Program-made: the position numbers and the translations under genes
Virus record (IMG/VR): IMGVR_UViG_3300020438_004435
Length of the DNA: 64,000 bases
Strand: one strand, 5' to 3'
Source: a virus
The notes under the pieces: model-generated
Databases searched by the model: none
What the model was told of the DNA's origin: nothing
Seen by the model: the letters and a program-made list of their open reading frames with translations, nothing else
In this document: piece after piece, positions 1 to 9,304 of the stretch
Layout of the letters: each line of letters begins with the position of its first letter
How positions within the stretch are numbered: position 1 is the stretch's first letter

Positions 1-396
1 TTGCGTTTGAATGCCATCTATTGACTCCGATGTTTTTACTTTAGTTTCCTTTACCGATTTATCTAAGTCTTCTATTTCACCTAATGTATCTAATAATTGT
101 TTTTTCTCTTCTTCAGAGATACCGAAATCAGCGTCATTGCCTGATCCATTATTAGCTATCATTCGTTGAATTAATGAAGAAAGTTTAACTATCAATTCAT
201 CATTCTTTACACCAATTTCTAAATAGTCTTTAATTAACGGTACTATAATAGTAGCATCGCCTATATTACTAATTAATGGTTTTAATTCAGCAATAAGTAA
301 ATTAATTTGGGTTTCTTTCTTTTTAGATGTAGAATAAATGTCCTCAGCTAAATTTGCAAAAGATTTGCCCTTAAATATTTCAGTATCCTTATCCAT
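1..396 (-). CDS. conserved phage hypothetical protein, 3'-truncated by window edge
   Basis: Hand-translated, not in ORF track: MDKDTEIFKGKSFANLAEDIYSTSKKKETQINLLIAELKPL...; frame open to base 1. Confidence 0.8.
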   Translation of the reverse strand, partial: MDKDTEIFKGKSFANLAEDIYSTSKKKETQINLLIAELKPLISNIGDATIIVPLIKDYLEIGVKNDELIVKLSSLIQRMIANNGSGNDADFGISEEEKKQLLDTLGEIEDLDKSVKETKVKTSESIDGIQTQ

Positions 397-408
397 ATAA
401 TATAAATA

Positions 409-1206
409 TTAGAAATGTCTAGATTTACTTACGGTTTGTTTCAATGGCTTGTTGGTTTTATATCTTAAATACATTTCAGCATATTCCTTTTTCATTTCCT
501 TTACTACCTTAGTAATGTATTGAGTTTTTATTCCAGTCATTTCTCGAATCATTATATACAATGCCTTCTTATTAAAGATCTCTATATTTTCTCTTCTTCT
601 AAATAATTCTACTATTGCGGCTGCAACTGAAAGATCTTTCTTACGCGTAAATTTGGTTGGTAGATGTACATCCCAATAATCAACCATTAAATCCATAAAG
701 TCTTTTTGTGAATCCTTTACCTCCTGTCTTACTACCTCACCAACTATATCCCTTTTGATATCCACTACATCTAATGTAGCTCTCTTAATCATCTTCTTAT
801 AATTTTCCTGGCTGTTAAAAATTAAATAATTTTTAGCCACTATACTGAAGTATGAAAATGCTCTACCCTTATCCGGTGTATATTTATCGATCTTCTCTAT
901 AAGGTATGCTATAACCTCATTCTGAACATCTGAGTATCCTCCTGGAAGATTATAAAACTTAAATGTGTGGATTATATTTTCCGCTAATTTAAGAAATGCT
1001 TTATGTACATATTTTGTATATAACCTATCTCTTTGTATTCTACATTCCTCATTATTATAAGCTATAACAGCTTGTTCCGTTACAATATTAAAATAATAAT
1101 TTTTAGTAGCTTTACGGCCCCTTTTAGGTTTAGGGTTTTTTAATTCTTCTTCATACTCTATAAGCCATTTATCAAAAGCTTTAGCATCAAATATTTTTTC
1201 CATCAT
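409..1206 (-). CDS. phage RNA polymerase sigma factor (T4 gp55-like / sigma70 region 2)
   Basis: YSDVQNEVIAYLIEKIDKYTPDKGRAFSYFSIVAKNYL resembles the sigma region 2 core of phage late sigma factors. Confidence 0.7.
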   Translation of the reverse strand: MMEKIFDAKAFDKWLIEYEEELKNPKPKRGRKATKNYYFNIVTEQAVIAYNNEECRIQRDRLYTKYVHKAFLKLAENIIHTFKFYNLPGGYSDVQNEVIAYLIEKIDKYTPDKGRAFSYFSIVAKNYLIFNSQENYKKMIKRATLDVVDIKRDIVGEVVRQEVKDSQKDFMDLMVDYWDVHLPTKFTRKKDLSVAAAIVELFRRRENIEIFNKKALYIMIREMTGIKTQYITKVVKEMKKEYAEMYLRYKTNKPLKQTVSKSRHF

Positions 1207-1474
1207 CTTCTTTTCCCAATGTATTTAATTGATTCATAATAGATTTTAATTCTTTGAAAAAATAACCAACCTCATCATCAGCTTCGAAAGATCCTTTTTT
1301 ATCTATGTCGTTCATACGCGATTGCATATCGGTAATAGATTTTGCAAATCTTTGTAACCAGCTTTCCAAATTTTCTACATACTCTTCACTCTGTTCATAA
1401 TTTCTTAATAGATTATAAATTACAAACAAAGATGATATAAGCAATAACGATAATATTATAATTGTTATTATCAT
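1187..1474 (-). CDS. membrane-anchored coiled-coil hypothetical protein
   Basis: N-terminal hydrophobic helix then heptad-rich region; overlaps neighbours operon-style. Confidence 0.7.
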   Translation of the reverse strand: MIITIIILSLLLISSLFVIYNLLRNYEQSEEYVENLESWLQRFAKSITDMQSRMNDIDKKGSFEADDEVGYFFKELKSIMNQLNTLGKEDDGKNI

Positions 1475-2316
1475 CCGAATAACTCATCAAATAATTTACT
1501 TGCATCAGATCCCGAATTCAATGCGGATTGTCTTGAATTAGGTGTCACCTGTTTAACAGCTTTTTCCTTTTTCGGTACTGGTGGATTATATATATTGGAT
1601 TGGGTAGGAATGTGTTCCTTAATTTTATCCATAGGAGCATCCTTTAATGTTCTAACATTTTGTAACCCGTTCTCTCCAAATTTCCATCTTTCATATTCAA
1701 TTCGGGAAGCCATCATATCCGCTTGATGTAATACATATGGAAGATTAACCTGTATTCTTGTATCAGGATTATATCCCATTAGATATGGTTTATTAGAATC
1801 ATCATACATTCCATCATGTAATTTTATTCCTAGAAATTCATTCCAACTATATTTAATACCAAATTGATTTAATAAAAATAAACTACGATCCGGAACCAAT
1901 GCAAATGGTGTTTCTGAATTTGCTTTATAAAGTTGACCTTGATTCTTTCTATGCCATTCACTAGGATTAGGAATATATGCATCTGTATTCATGTCACCAA
2001 CCTTACCAAGATCATGATTAAGGGCACTAAACAATAATTCCTCTATTGTATAATTATCCGTATATCCTCCAGTACTTACCCAACTATTGTAAACCTCAAA
2101 TGCACAATCCATTACTCTTAATACATGATCTACATATCCGCCTACGAAACAATTATGAAAATGTTCTCTTGAGCTTGCTGGAGCAAACATCATTCTTTCC
2201 TCAAAATAGGAATACATTTCTAAAAGCTTTTCTTTACGCTCACCTTCAAACTGATGATCAATTCGACCCATAAGGTCCTTCCAATTTTCTTTAATTTGTT
2301 TTTCGTCTAATTTCAT
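1471..2316 (-). CDS. HD-domain phosphohydrolase (YhaM-like)
   Basis: APAS..H..H..GG..DH, HDLGK, HDG and HQAD motifs. Confidence 0.8.
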   Translation of the reverse strand: MKLDEKQIKENWKDLMGRIDHQFEGERKEKLLEMYSYFEERMMFAPASSREHFHNCFVGGYVDHVLRVMDCAFEVYNSWVSTGGYTDNYTIEELLFSALNHDLGKVGDMNTDAYIPNPSEWHRKNQGQLYKANSETPFALVPDRSLFLLNQFGIKYSWNEFLGIKLHDGMYDDSNKPYLMGYNPDTRIQVNLPYVLHQADMMASRIEYERWKFGENGLQNVRTLKDAPMDKIKEHIPTQSNIYNPPVPKKEKAVKQVTPNSRQSALNSGSDASKLFDELFG

Positions 2317-2317
2317 A

Positions 2318-2995
2318 TTATGTTATTATTATATCTATTACACCTAATTTTAATGCATCCTTAGAATTAAGATACATATCGGTTTTTATATTTGCATCCC
2401 AAAATTTCTTATCCTTATGGGTTTTTTGTTCTAATAAATCATTGGCCATATTATTAAGATAATCAAAATACTTTCCTGCTGCCTTTACATCTGATTGTTT
2501 ACCTGAAGCCATTGATGATCCTTCATGTAACATAATAGTACTTCTCTTACTAGCCATTCTCTTACCAGTCCCTGCTGCTAATATTACTGCTGCTGCTGAC
2601 AATGCTTTACCTCTACACATTGTATTAATTTTTATACCTAGATTCTTATCCAAGCTTTCCATATAATCTATCATACCAAACATTTCAAAAACATCACCGC
2701 CGTTACTATCAATAACCAAATTAATAGGATCACTTTCTTTATCAGTGCCTGCATGGTATTTCATTATTGTTCTACATCTTGACATAAAATCATATAAAGC
2801 ATAATCTTCTATTTCTCCACAAAGATATATTACTCTATCCTCTACATCAACTGCAAATTCTATTTCTCGATAAAGATATTTTTTATAATCCATTATCTTT
2901 TTTTTAATTTCATTTGTAGGCTTTTCAAATGTACCTTCTTCTAATGTTTCAATTCTTGGAGATTCATATTCTTCTCCATATAAATTATCTGCCAT
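2318..2995 (-). CDS. clpP: ATP-dependent Clp protease proteolytic subunit
   Basis: IDSNGGDV, GKALSAAAVILAAG (catalytic Ser), IMLHEGSS (His), DMYLNSKDA (Asp). Confidence 0.9.
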   Translation of the reverse strand: MADNLYGEEYESPRIETLEEGTFEKPTNEIKKKIMDYKKYLYREIEFAVDVEDRVIYLCGEIEDYALYDFMSRCRTIMKYHAGTDKESDPINLVIDSNGGDVFEMFGMIDYMESLDKNLGIKINTMCRGKALSAAAVILAAGTGKRMASKRSTIMLHEGSSMASGKQSDVKAAGKYFDYLNNMANDLLEQKTHKDKKFWDANIKTDMYLNSKDALKLGVIDIIIT

Positions 2996-2997
2996 AA

Positions 2998-3249
2998 CTA
3001 CCCTTTAAGTATTTGTTTAATATTCTTTGACGTAGATTCATTTCCATAATTATTACCAAAGGCTTCCTCTACGCTTTTACTACTATAACCTAATGCACAA
3101 GCTAATCTTTTACATATTAATTTGAATTCATGTACATCCAAATTTTCTGTTACATCCAATTCTATCTTCTGAACTTCTTTAGAATATGTTCCTCTTGTAT
3201 AAATTATTTTATCCATTCTTATCCTCATTAATATACGGTGCCCTCGCAT
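2998..3249 (-). CDS. hypothetical protein (start uncertain)
   Basis: ORF track; fits the operon. Confidence 0.6.
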   Translation of the reverse strand: MRGHRILMRIRMDKIIYTRGTYSKEVQKIELDVTENLDVHEFKLICKRLACALGYSSKSVEEAFGNNYGNESTSKNIKQILKG

Positions 3250-3448
3250 ATGCTATTATTATATACATTATATTTAATCCTAACATCATCATGAATGAAT
3301 TGAAGAATGATAATTCATCATATCCTATTATTGGACTTATTACAAAATTCCAAACAATGTATAATGGTAATGTGTAAAAGAACCAAAACATTATTACTAA
3401 TGCTGATACTATTGTTAACGAAATTGCTAGAGTTATAAAATCCTTCAT
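3209..3448 (-). CDS. small membrane protein
   Basis: Two hydrophobic segments; start moved to ATG (MKDF) because the track's TTG start lies inside a promoter motif. Confidence 0.65.
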   Translation of the reverse strand: MKDFITLAISLTIVSALVIMFWFFYTLPLYIVWNFVISPIIGYDELSFFNSFMMMLGLNIMYIIIAYARAPYINEDKNG

Positions 3449-3487
3449 ATTATATATAATATACAAAAATTATTTTAATTAACCTAA

Positions 3488-4051
3488 TTATTTCGTAACT
3501 TTCTTTACCTTCTTGGTTCTCTTGACCGGAAAATATTTTCTTTGAATTTTATTGATAGCGGTTTGAATTGGTTTTTTATCTTTCTTTAATTTAGCTTTTG
3601 CTAATTTCTTTTTAAGATCATATAAATAAGACATATCTGTCGCTTTAGTCTTTTCCCGTTCCCTCTTGGTAGGTCTTTTCTTTTTCTTTTTAGATACTAT
3701 CTTGGTTGGTTTTAATGTGCCTTTTAATTTAGGTTGTTCCTTACCCTTGTGATATACCGTTCCATCTGCATCTACAAATTCCTTCATCCATTGCCAACCT
3801 GGTGGTCGACCTGTAGGTTTATATCTTGCAGAAATCTTTGGTGGCTCAGTAATTTTATTAACACATTTATGGCATAATACTCCAGTTACCTCAGATCCTA
3901 CTTTGTCCCAATTAAAACATCTAGGAATATCCTTTAATAAATTCCAACCCCAATAAGATGTATCTTCAACGCTATTTCTACAGATCATATAGCGCTGACC
4001 TTTCTCAGTGTAGGTCTTAAATTCTATTTTGGATTTCTTTTTCTTTGCCAT
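3488..4051 (-). CDS. basic hypothetical protein with CxxC
   Basis: ORF track; Lys-rich; promoter motif upstream. Confidence 0.7.
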   Translation of the reverse strand: MAKKKKSKIEFKTYTEKGQRYMICRNSVEDTSYWGWNLLKDIPRCFNWDKVGSEVTGVLCHKCVNKITEPPKISARYKPTGRPPGWQWMKEFVDADGTVYHKGKEQPKLKGTLKPTKIVSKKKKKRPTKREREKTKATDMSYLYDLKKKLAKAKLKKDKKPIQTAINKIQRKYFPVKRTKKVKKVTK

Positions 4052-4072
4052 AACATTATTATGTGTTTATAT

Positions 4073-4103
4073 TAAATATACAAAAAATAAATTAAATAAC
4101 CAA
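4073..4103 (-). promoter_or_regulatory. Bacteroidota-type sigma70 promoter
   Basis: Minus strand TTGG-N19-TATATTTA; matches the TTG/TAnnTTTG consensus. Confidence 0.6.
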
Positions 4104-4109
4104 CTTTTA

Positions 4110-5372
4110 CTATATATTTGTATAATTTTTTGTATAACCCGGTGGTTTATCGCCTTTAAGACGCTTTTTATTACCTACCTTTTTTCTGGTTCTTTTTTTA
4201 GAATCACCTCTTCTAGTAACACCTTTCTCCTTTCCATGATATAATTCGTGTTCACCGTCTTTAGATTCCTGCTGTTCTTCTTCCTCTTCTAATATTTCTA
4301 TTAAAGCATCTAATCCAGTCTCCTTAGGTTCATTCATATCTTGATCAGGTAACCATTTTTCTTCTTCAAAGGGTAATTCTTCAAGATCATCCATTACGAT
4401 ATCTTTCTTTTCTATTTCTATACTTTCGGTTATACTAGACTTTAATTTATCTTGATTATCTTTTACTCTTTGTTTTAATGCAGGAGAAGGTTCCTTCCAC
4501 TCTTCCGGTATAGGATATGGTTTATTAAATTCCATACCTTTAGGTACTGACATTTTAACAACAGGTGTATTCTTTTTTATTTGGGCAAATGCCATATTAG
4601 CCGCTACTACTAATGCTATAGCTAATGGATCGAATACAAATATAATAAGTAATAGGAACCAGTTAACTACTATTCCCATATCTTGTCCTGTTGTTTCTGC
4701 CAGATATTTTAATGGACCTAATTCACTTTCCGCTTCATTGGAATATTCCTTATCTAATAAAGCTATGTCGGTCTTGTTAATAGAATCCATTACAGCCTCG
4801 ATTCTAATATTAATATTATCTCTATTATCTGTAGCAATAGTTAATTCGTTTTGTAAAGCTCTACGTGCTGAAGATGATGATGTTGTAATTAATTGACCCG
4901 ATTCCTTATCTATATATTGAACCTGTGCTGGATTAGATAATGCTATACGTAAATCAGATATGGATTTAGTTAAACCATTTTTTTCTATTTTAAGATCTTC
5001 CTTTTGTTCTTCGAACCTAATTTGTTTTTGATTGAGAATGGATAATGATTTATCTAATAATTCGGATTGGGTTGCAGTAGATTGATATGCTCCTGATAGG
5101 AATCCATATATACCTCCTGAGGTTATTAGTATCAATATAAAACAAGCTATACCTAAATAAAATCTTAGGAACTTATTTATAGTATCCCAGTATTGATATA
5201 ATAAAGATGCTACGACTAATTTAGCAAATTCTAAAGAGCCGGCCATTATAATTACCTCTGTAGATGCTCCTGCAAATAATTTACTTAATCCAAATACTGA
5301 ATAGAATGCTGCAGAACCCGATACTGCTAATGCTGACAATGCTATTAGAAATGGAAATAATCGTTTTTTCAT
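4110..5372 (-). CDS. multi-pass membrane protein with coiled coil
   Basis: Three N-terminal TM helices, long coiled coil, GPLKY..FVFDPLAIAL TM segment, acidic tail. Confidence 0.75.
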   Translation of the reverse strand: MKKRLFPFLIALSALAVSGSAAFYSVFGLSKLFAGASTEVIIMAGSLEFAKLVVASLLYQYWDTINKFLRFYLGIACFILILITSGGIYGFLSGAYQSTATQSELLDKSLSILNQKQIRFEEQKEDLKIEKNGLTKSISDLRIALSNPAQVQYIDKESGQLITTSSSSARRALQNELTIATDNRDNINIRIEAVMDSINKTDIALLDKEYSNEAESELGPLKYLAETTGQDMGIVVNWFLLLIIFVFDPLAIALVVAANMAFAQIKKNTPVVKMSVPKGMEFNKPYPIPEEWKEPSPALKQRVKDNQDKLKSSITESIEIEKKDIVMDDLEELPFEEEKWLPDQDMNEPKETGLDALIEILEEEEEQQESKDGEHELYHGKEKGVTRRGDSKKRTRKKVGNKKRLKGDKPPGYTKNYTNI

Positions 5373-5374
5373 AC

Positions 5375-5548
5375 TTAATCTTCAAGTTCTAGTAGTTCTC
5401 TTGTTGACTCAATTTTTTTAGTTAATGTAGATAATGCTGCAACGGTTTCGGCTGCAGTAATTTGGCCACCTTCTAATTGTTTAGAAATGTGTGATGCTAA
5501 ATTCTCAAGTGCTTCTAGCTGATTTAATAGTTGTTGTTTATATTTCAT
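5375..5548 (-). CDS. small coiled-coil protein (57 aa)
   Basis: Hand-translated MKYKQQLLNQLEALENLASHISKQLEGG...ELED*; AAAGGAG upstream. Confidence 0.7.
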   Translation of the reverse strand: MKYKQQLLNQLEALENLASHISKQLEGGQITAAETVAALSTLTKKIESTRELLELED

Positions 5549-5675
5549 AGTGTTCTCCTTTATTATATTATATATATAAATATTATAATATTATTAATAT
5601 TATACTTTTTTTCCATTCGTTAATAGAAAATATACAAAAAATATCAATACGATCCTAATGATTTACAGATTATTT

Positions 5676-5927
5676 TTAATATTTTTTATTTTCCTCATAT
5701 TCTATATCTTCTATTCTTTCGCAGAATAGGAAGTTCCCATTCTTCTGAAATACTTTATTTATAGATTTATGATTGTCTTTTAACCATTCAGCCCAAACCC
5801 TTACGATCTTATTTACATCATTAGAATTAATACCATAATGATTAGGATGCATTTGAGTTTCAGGAATAGCTCTGTGTATTATATATAATGAACCTTTATG
5901 GTTCCATATTTTATGTTTGATATTCAT
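5676..5927 (-). CDS. hypothetical protein
   Basis: ORF track. Confidence 0.65.
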   Translation of the reverse strand: MNIKHKIWNHKGSLYIIHRAIPETQMHPNHYGINSNDVNKIVRVWAEWLKDNHKSINKVFQKNGNFLFCERIEDIEYEENKKY

Positions 5928-5952
5928 AACGTATTGACGTGCGGGTCAGCCT

Positions 5953-6189
5953 TTATTTTTTTTCTATAACCTTTTTTACGTTCTTGTCTATACCATATTT
6001 ACATTTAATCCAAGTACGTTCATGAAAATAATACAAAACCATTTTTGTAATTATCTCTAATCCGCTAACAGTTAATCCTGCAGTAATACTGCCAGTGACT
6101 AACCAAGTCAATAAAAGAGTATCCAAGCTGGCAATAGTTCTCCAACTTAGGGTCTTTAATAAACTTCTTCTCTTACTTGCAAACATCAT
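5953..6189 (-). CDS. DUF2061-like small membrane protein
   Basis: RSLLKTLSWR...YYFHERTW signature. Confidence 0.75.
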   Translation of the reverse strand: MMFASKRRSLLKTLSWRTIASLDTLLLTWLVTGSITAGLTVSGLEIITKMVLYYFHERTWIKCKYGIDKNVKKVIEKK

Positions 6190-6197
6190 AATAGACT

Positions 6198-6611
6198 CTA
6201 CTTAATCGTAACCTGTTTAGGTTTAGCTTCATCTGCGAGTGGTGCAAATAAAGTTAATAAACCATTTTCTAATTTAGCTTCTAATTTTGATAAATCAAAT
6301 CTTCCACTGATTCTCCATCCAAAGTTAAATGCCCGCTTAGCTATATTTCTCTGAATGTATTCTGCCGAAGTAGAACCAGGTTCCTTCTTGTATTCTACTC
6401 GAAGTATATCTCCCTCAATAGTAAGATCAATATCTTTCTTTGTTAATCCAACACAAGCTATATCAATATTAAGACCTTCATTGGCCTCATATATGTCTAC
6501 TGGATGGTTTAGTTTAGTTGCATCTGCAAACTGATAGTCTACATCTGTTTTGAAAAAGTCCTTAAATAGGACGTCGAATGGCGAAGTGCCGAATGGTGTT
6601 AATTCTCCCAT
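6198..6611 (-). CDS. small heat-shock protein (Hsp20/alpha-crystallin)
   Basis: PVDIYE...ACVGL...GDILRV...AKLENGLLT...IK pattern. Confidence 0.9.
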   Translation of the reverse strand: MGELTPFGTSPFDVLFKDFFKTDVDYQFADATKLNHPVDIYEANEGLNIDIACVGLTKKDIDLTIEGDILRVEYKKEPGSTSAEYIQRNIAKRAFNFGWRISGRFDLSKLEAKLENGLLTLFAPLADEAKPKQVTIK

Positions 6612-6699
6612 AATAAATCTCCTTAGATAATTTTAATTATTAAACATTATTGTTTTAACATAACTTGCTGACCCGCAGTATCAATAAGTTACTTTAATA

Positions 6700-6730
6700 T
6701 AAATATACAAAAAATTTCTTTAACTACCAA
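6700..6730 (-). promoter_or_regulatory. Bacteroidota-type promoter for hsp20
   Basis: TTGG-N19-TATATTTA on minus strand. Confidence 0.6.
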
Positions 6731-6731
6731 A

Positions 6732-7316
6732 TTAATAGTGAATTATTGGAGTAGTAAATACACCAGGAACCGATACGGATCCTAAAAGCATAAGAATAGG
6801 TGGATCAGTACAACATGTTCCATTAGCCCAACCTCCTGTAGTACAATCATCCAACACTTCCATAGATATAGATAACTGATCTGGTGTGCAAGTAGGACCG
6901 ACTGTTACCTGAAAGCTCATGGTAAATGGTCCAGTGGAACTTGTTCCCCATCCAGCTGTTCCTGAGTTTATGAATCTCCATCCTGGACCAAAATTATATC
7001 CACCAGGATAAGTATGTTGTAAATCCCATACCCAATTACCAATAGCTCCTGCAGGATTACCAGGTGCAGTAATAGGTGTTAAATTTGTAAACCCTGGTCC
7101 TAGGATAATTTGAAATGCATGGATCCAATTTATATTAATTCCATTAAATGATTGAAGGGTATATGTAAGTGTAATTACCTGGCCAGGTATAAAAGTCCCA
7201 ATAGGTAGTGTGGGTGATGAGATTGGTGAATATGAATGGGTTTGAGTTCCAAGGCATGGTTGTGCAACAGCATTAAAACTAAATAGGATACATATTATAA
7301 TTATTATTTTTTTCAT
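6732..7316 (-). CDS. secreted beta-rich protein
   Basis: Signal peptide MKKIIIIICILFSFNAVAQ; ends TTPIIHY. Confidence 0.7.
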   Translation of the reverse strand: MKKIIIIICILFSFNAVAQPCLGTQTHSYSPISSPTLPIGTFIPGQVITLTYTLQSFNGININWIHAFQIILGPGFTNLTPITAPGNPAGAIGNWVWDLQHTYPGGYNFGPGWRFINSGTAGWGTSSTGPFTMSFQVTVGPTCTPDQLSISMEVLDDCTTGGWANGTCCTDPPILMLLGSVSVPGVFTTPIIHY

Positions 7317-7879
7317 CTTACTAATGTTATAGGTCTTACAAATCTATTATTTTTTATAAAAACATTTATGGTATAAACGCCTATAGGATTATCCTTTCCA
7401 TCCCATGGCATATTACTATTGGCTTCAAATATTCGTTGTCCCCATCTATTATAGATTGCAATATATTCTATATCATTAACCGATCTACCACCTACATTAT
7501 ACTGTTCATTAATACCATCACCATTAGGAGTAAAAGAACTAGGAAAGAATAAAGTTGCATAAGGACAAGGAGATATAGAGACCTGATATTCTGATGTATC
7601 TCCATCGCACCCAAACCTAGTCGTATAAACTGATATAAGGTAGTCTCCTGCACTATCTGGCCATTGCACGGTGATAGTGTTAGATGATGCGGAAATGATG
7701 TCTCCGTGCGAGATTGACCAATAGTATATTTTATCAGCTTCATAATCAACCTGATAGGATTGTGGTTGTATAATTGAACAATCGTTATAGGTTTCTTGAG
7801 CTAATAAATGAAGGGGTAGTAATATTAATACCCACCATCTCATATTAAAAATGTTGGATCGGACCAGTGATAGGTCCAT
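7313..7879 (-). CDS. PKD-like protein with gliding-motility-associated (T9SS type B) C-terminal domain
   Basis: FPSSFTPNGDGINE, IYNRWGQRIF, WDG motifs; likely true start at MRWWVL. Confidence 0.85.
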   Translation of the reverse strand: MDLSLVRSNIFNMRWWVLILLPLHLLAQETYNDCSIIQPQSYQVDYEADKIYYWSISHGDIISASSNTITVQWPDSAGDYLISVYTTRFGCDGDTSEYQVSISPCPYATLFFPSSFTPNGDGINEQYNVGGRSVNDIEYIAIYNRWGQRIFEANSNMPWDGKDNPIGVYTINVFIKNNRFVRPITLVR

Positions 7880-8384
7880 TATTTACGGTTACATTTATTG
7901 TAGTATTACATCCAGCCATAGAATAGGTTAATACATAATTACCAACTCCAGTTGATGGTTGAAAATTATTACCTACTACACCTGTACCAGACCAAGTCCC
8001 TCCTGCAGGGCTACCTACTAATGGTGTTGTTGGATCACCAGGACAAAATGGTCCTATGGTATTACCTGATAGATCTAAAATAAATACATCTAAGAGTTGT
8101 GGTGTGCCAGGACAACCAGTCGCATTAGATTCTATTACTTCTACTGCATTAGGATAAAGACCAGATACACCTCCCCAATCTACTGTAATAGAACTTGTGG
8201 TTTGGCCTGTTTGTAAAATACCACCACCACCTGTTATTGTCCATTGATAGGTTGATGTAGGTGTGACAGCAACATAATATTGTTCTCCTGTTGCATTAAC
8301 ACATACTGTGTCTGGGTTAATTGTTGTTTGTGATATTGCAGATATCGATAATGATACCAACAAGATTGTTAGAAATTTTTTCAT
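7845..8384 (-). CDS. secreted PKD-like domain protein
   Basis: Signal peptide; DTVCV..YQWTITGG..ITVDWG..ESNATGC; GGTWSG; ends TGPIQHF. Confidence 0.75.
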   Translation of the reverse strand: MKKFLTILLVSLSISAISQTTINPDTVCVNATGEQYYVAVTPTSTYQWTITGGGGILQTGQTTSSITVDWGGVSGLYPNAVEVIESNATGCPGTPQLLDVFILDLSGNTIGPFCPGDPTTPLVGSPAGGTWSGTGVVGNNFQPSTGVGNYVLTYSMAGCNTTINVTVNNGPITGPIQHF

Positions 8385-8396
8385 AATACATCTCCT

Positions 8397-9284
8397 TTAT
8401 TTATTTGGCATTTCGAATATATAAGTATGAACCAGATTGCCTGCCTGATTTACTTTCTTACGATATTCGCAATTGCCTACGTTTGATTTATTTACTATTT
8501 TTTCCTTAAGGTAATCTAATCGTGATTTGTTTAGAGAACATATAATTAACATACCATCTACCGTAGTACATCTAACCATTCCATCATTTAGGTTTTCCAG
8601 CAATGCACTATTAAACATGTTCTGTACAAATTCATAATCCAATTCAGAATTTGGAACTACACCAAATGCCTTTAATGTATTAATGTTTGGAGACCATGGT
8701 TTGAATTTAGGTATTAATCTTTTACCATTGATAAGTCGTTCCATATAAAAATCAATATTTTCAGGATCAAGAGTGTCGAACCACTTTTCATATTTAGAAT
8801 AATCATTCATAAATATTTCTTCCTTATCTATCGCTCTTAATTTTTCCCATACTAGTGTAGCTATTATTTCATTAGCTTCACCAATCATTTGGGAGTACTG
8901 CATTTGCTGATCATCATTCAATGAGTCGAACCATTCATCAAAATTAAAATTATCATTTTTTAGTTCACTCGGATCAAATAATTTATCTGAATGAGACGTC
9001 CATTGTCCTGACTTAGTAATATCATCTAATCTTGGAAATGAATCATCTAATTCCTTTTTATAATCTTCTGGTGTTATTCTCCTTATAGGAGGTTCAGGTT
9101 TTATTATTTCCTGTCGTTGAAAATCAATACTCCTATCTGATAATATTTTATTACGAATTTCATCATCTAACATATCTAAATAATTGAACATTAATTCATC
9201 ATCACAATTATAGTATTCAAGGTTGTATTTTTTACCTTCAACCTTAACACGCTTCTTTAGATATGGTGCAACAATTTTCTTCAT
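8397..9284 (-). CDS. acidic hypothetical protein (295 aa)
   Basis: Start reassigned to MKKIVAPY; the track's 33-aa extension runs through the tmRNA. Confidence 0.7.
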   Translation of the reverse strand: MKKIVAPYLKKRVKVEGKKYNLEYYNCDDELMFNYLDMLDDEIRNKILSDRSIDFQRQEIIKPEPPIRRITPEDYKKELDDSFPRLDDITKSGQWTSHSDKLFDPSELKNDNFNFDEWFDSLNDDQQMQYSQMIGEANEIIATLVWEKLRAIDKEEIFMNDYSKYEKWFDTLDPENIDFYMERLINGKRLIPKFKPWSPNINTLKAFGVVPNSELDYEFVQNMFNSALLENLNDGMVRCTTVDGMLIICSLNKSRLDYLKEKIVNKSNVGNCEYRKKVNQAGNLVHTYIFEMPNK

Positions 9285-9304
9285 AATATTCCTAATAAAA
9301 ATAA

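Larger units (their letters stand above)
5932..6686. repeat. GC-rich inverted repeat pair flanking the DUF2061 and hsp20 genes
   Basis: TGCGGGTCAGC (5940-5950) and GCTGACCCGCA (6667-6677) are perfect reverse complements; extended by TATTGA/TCAATA. Confidence 0.7.
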
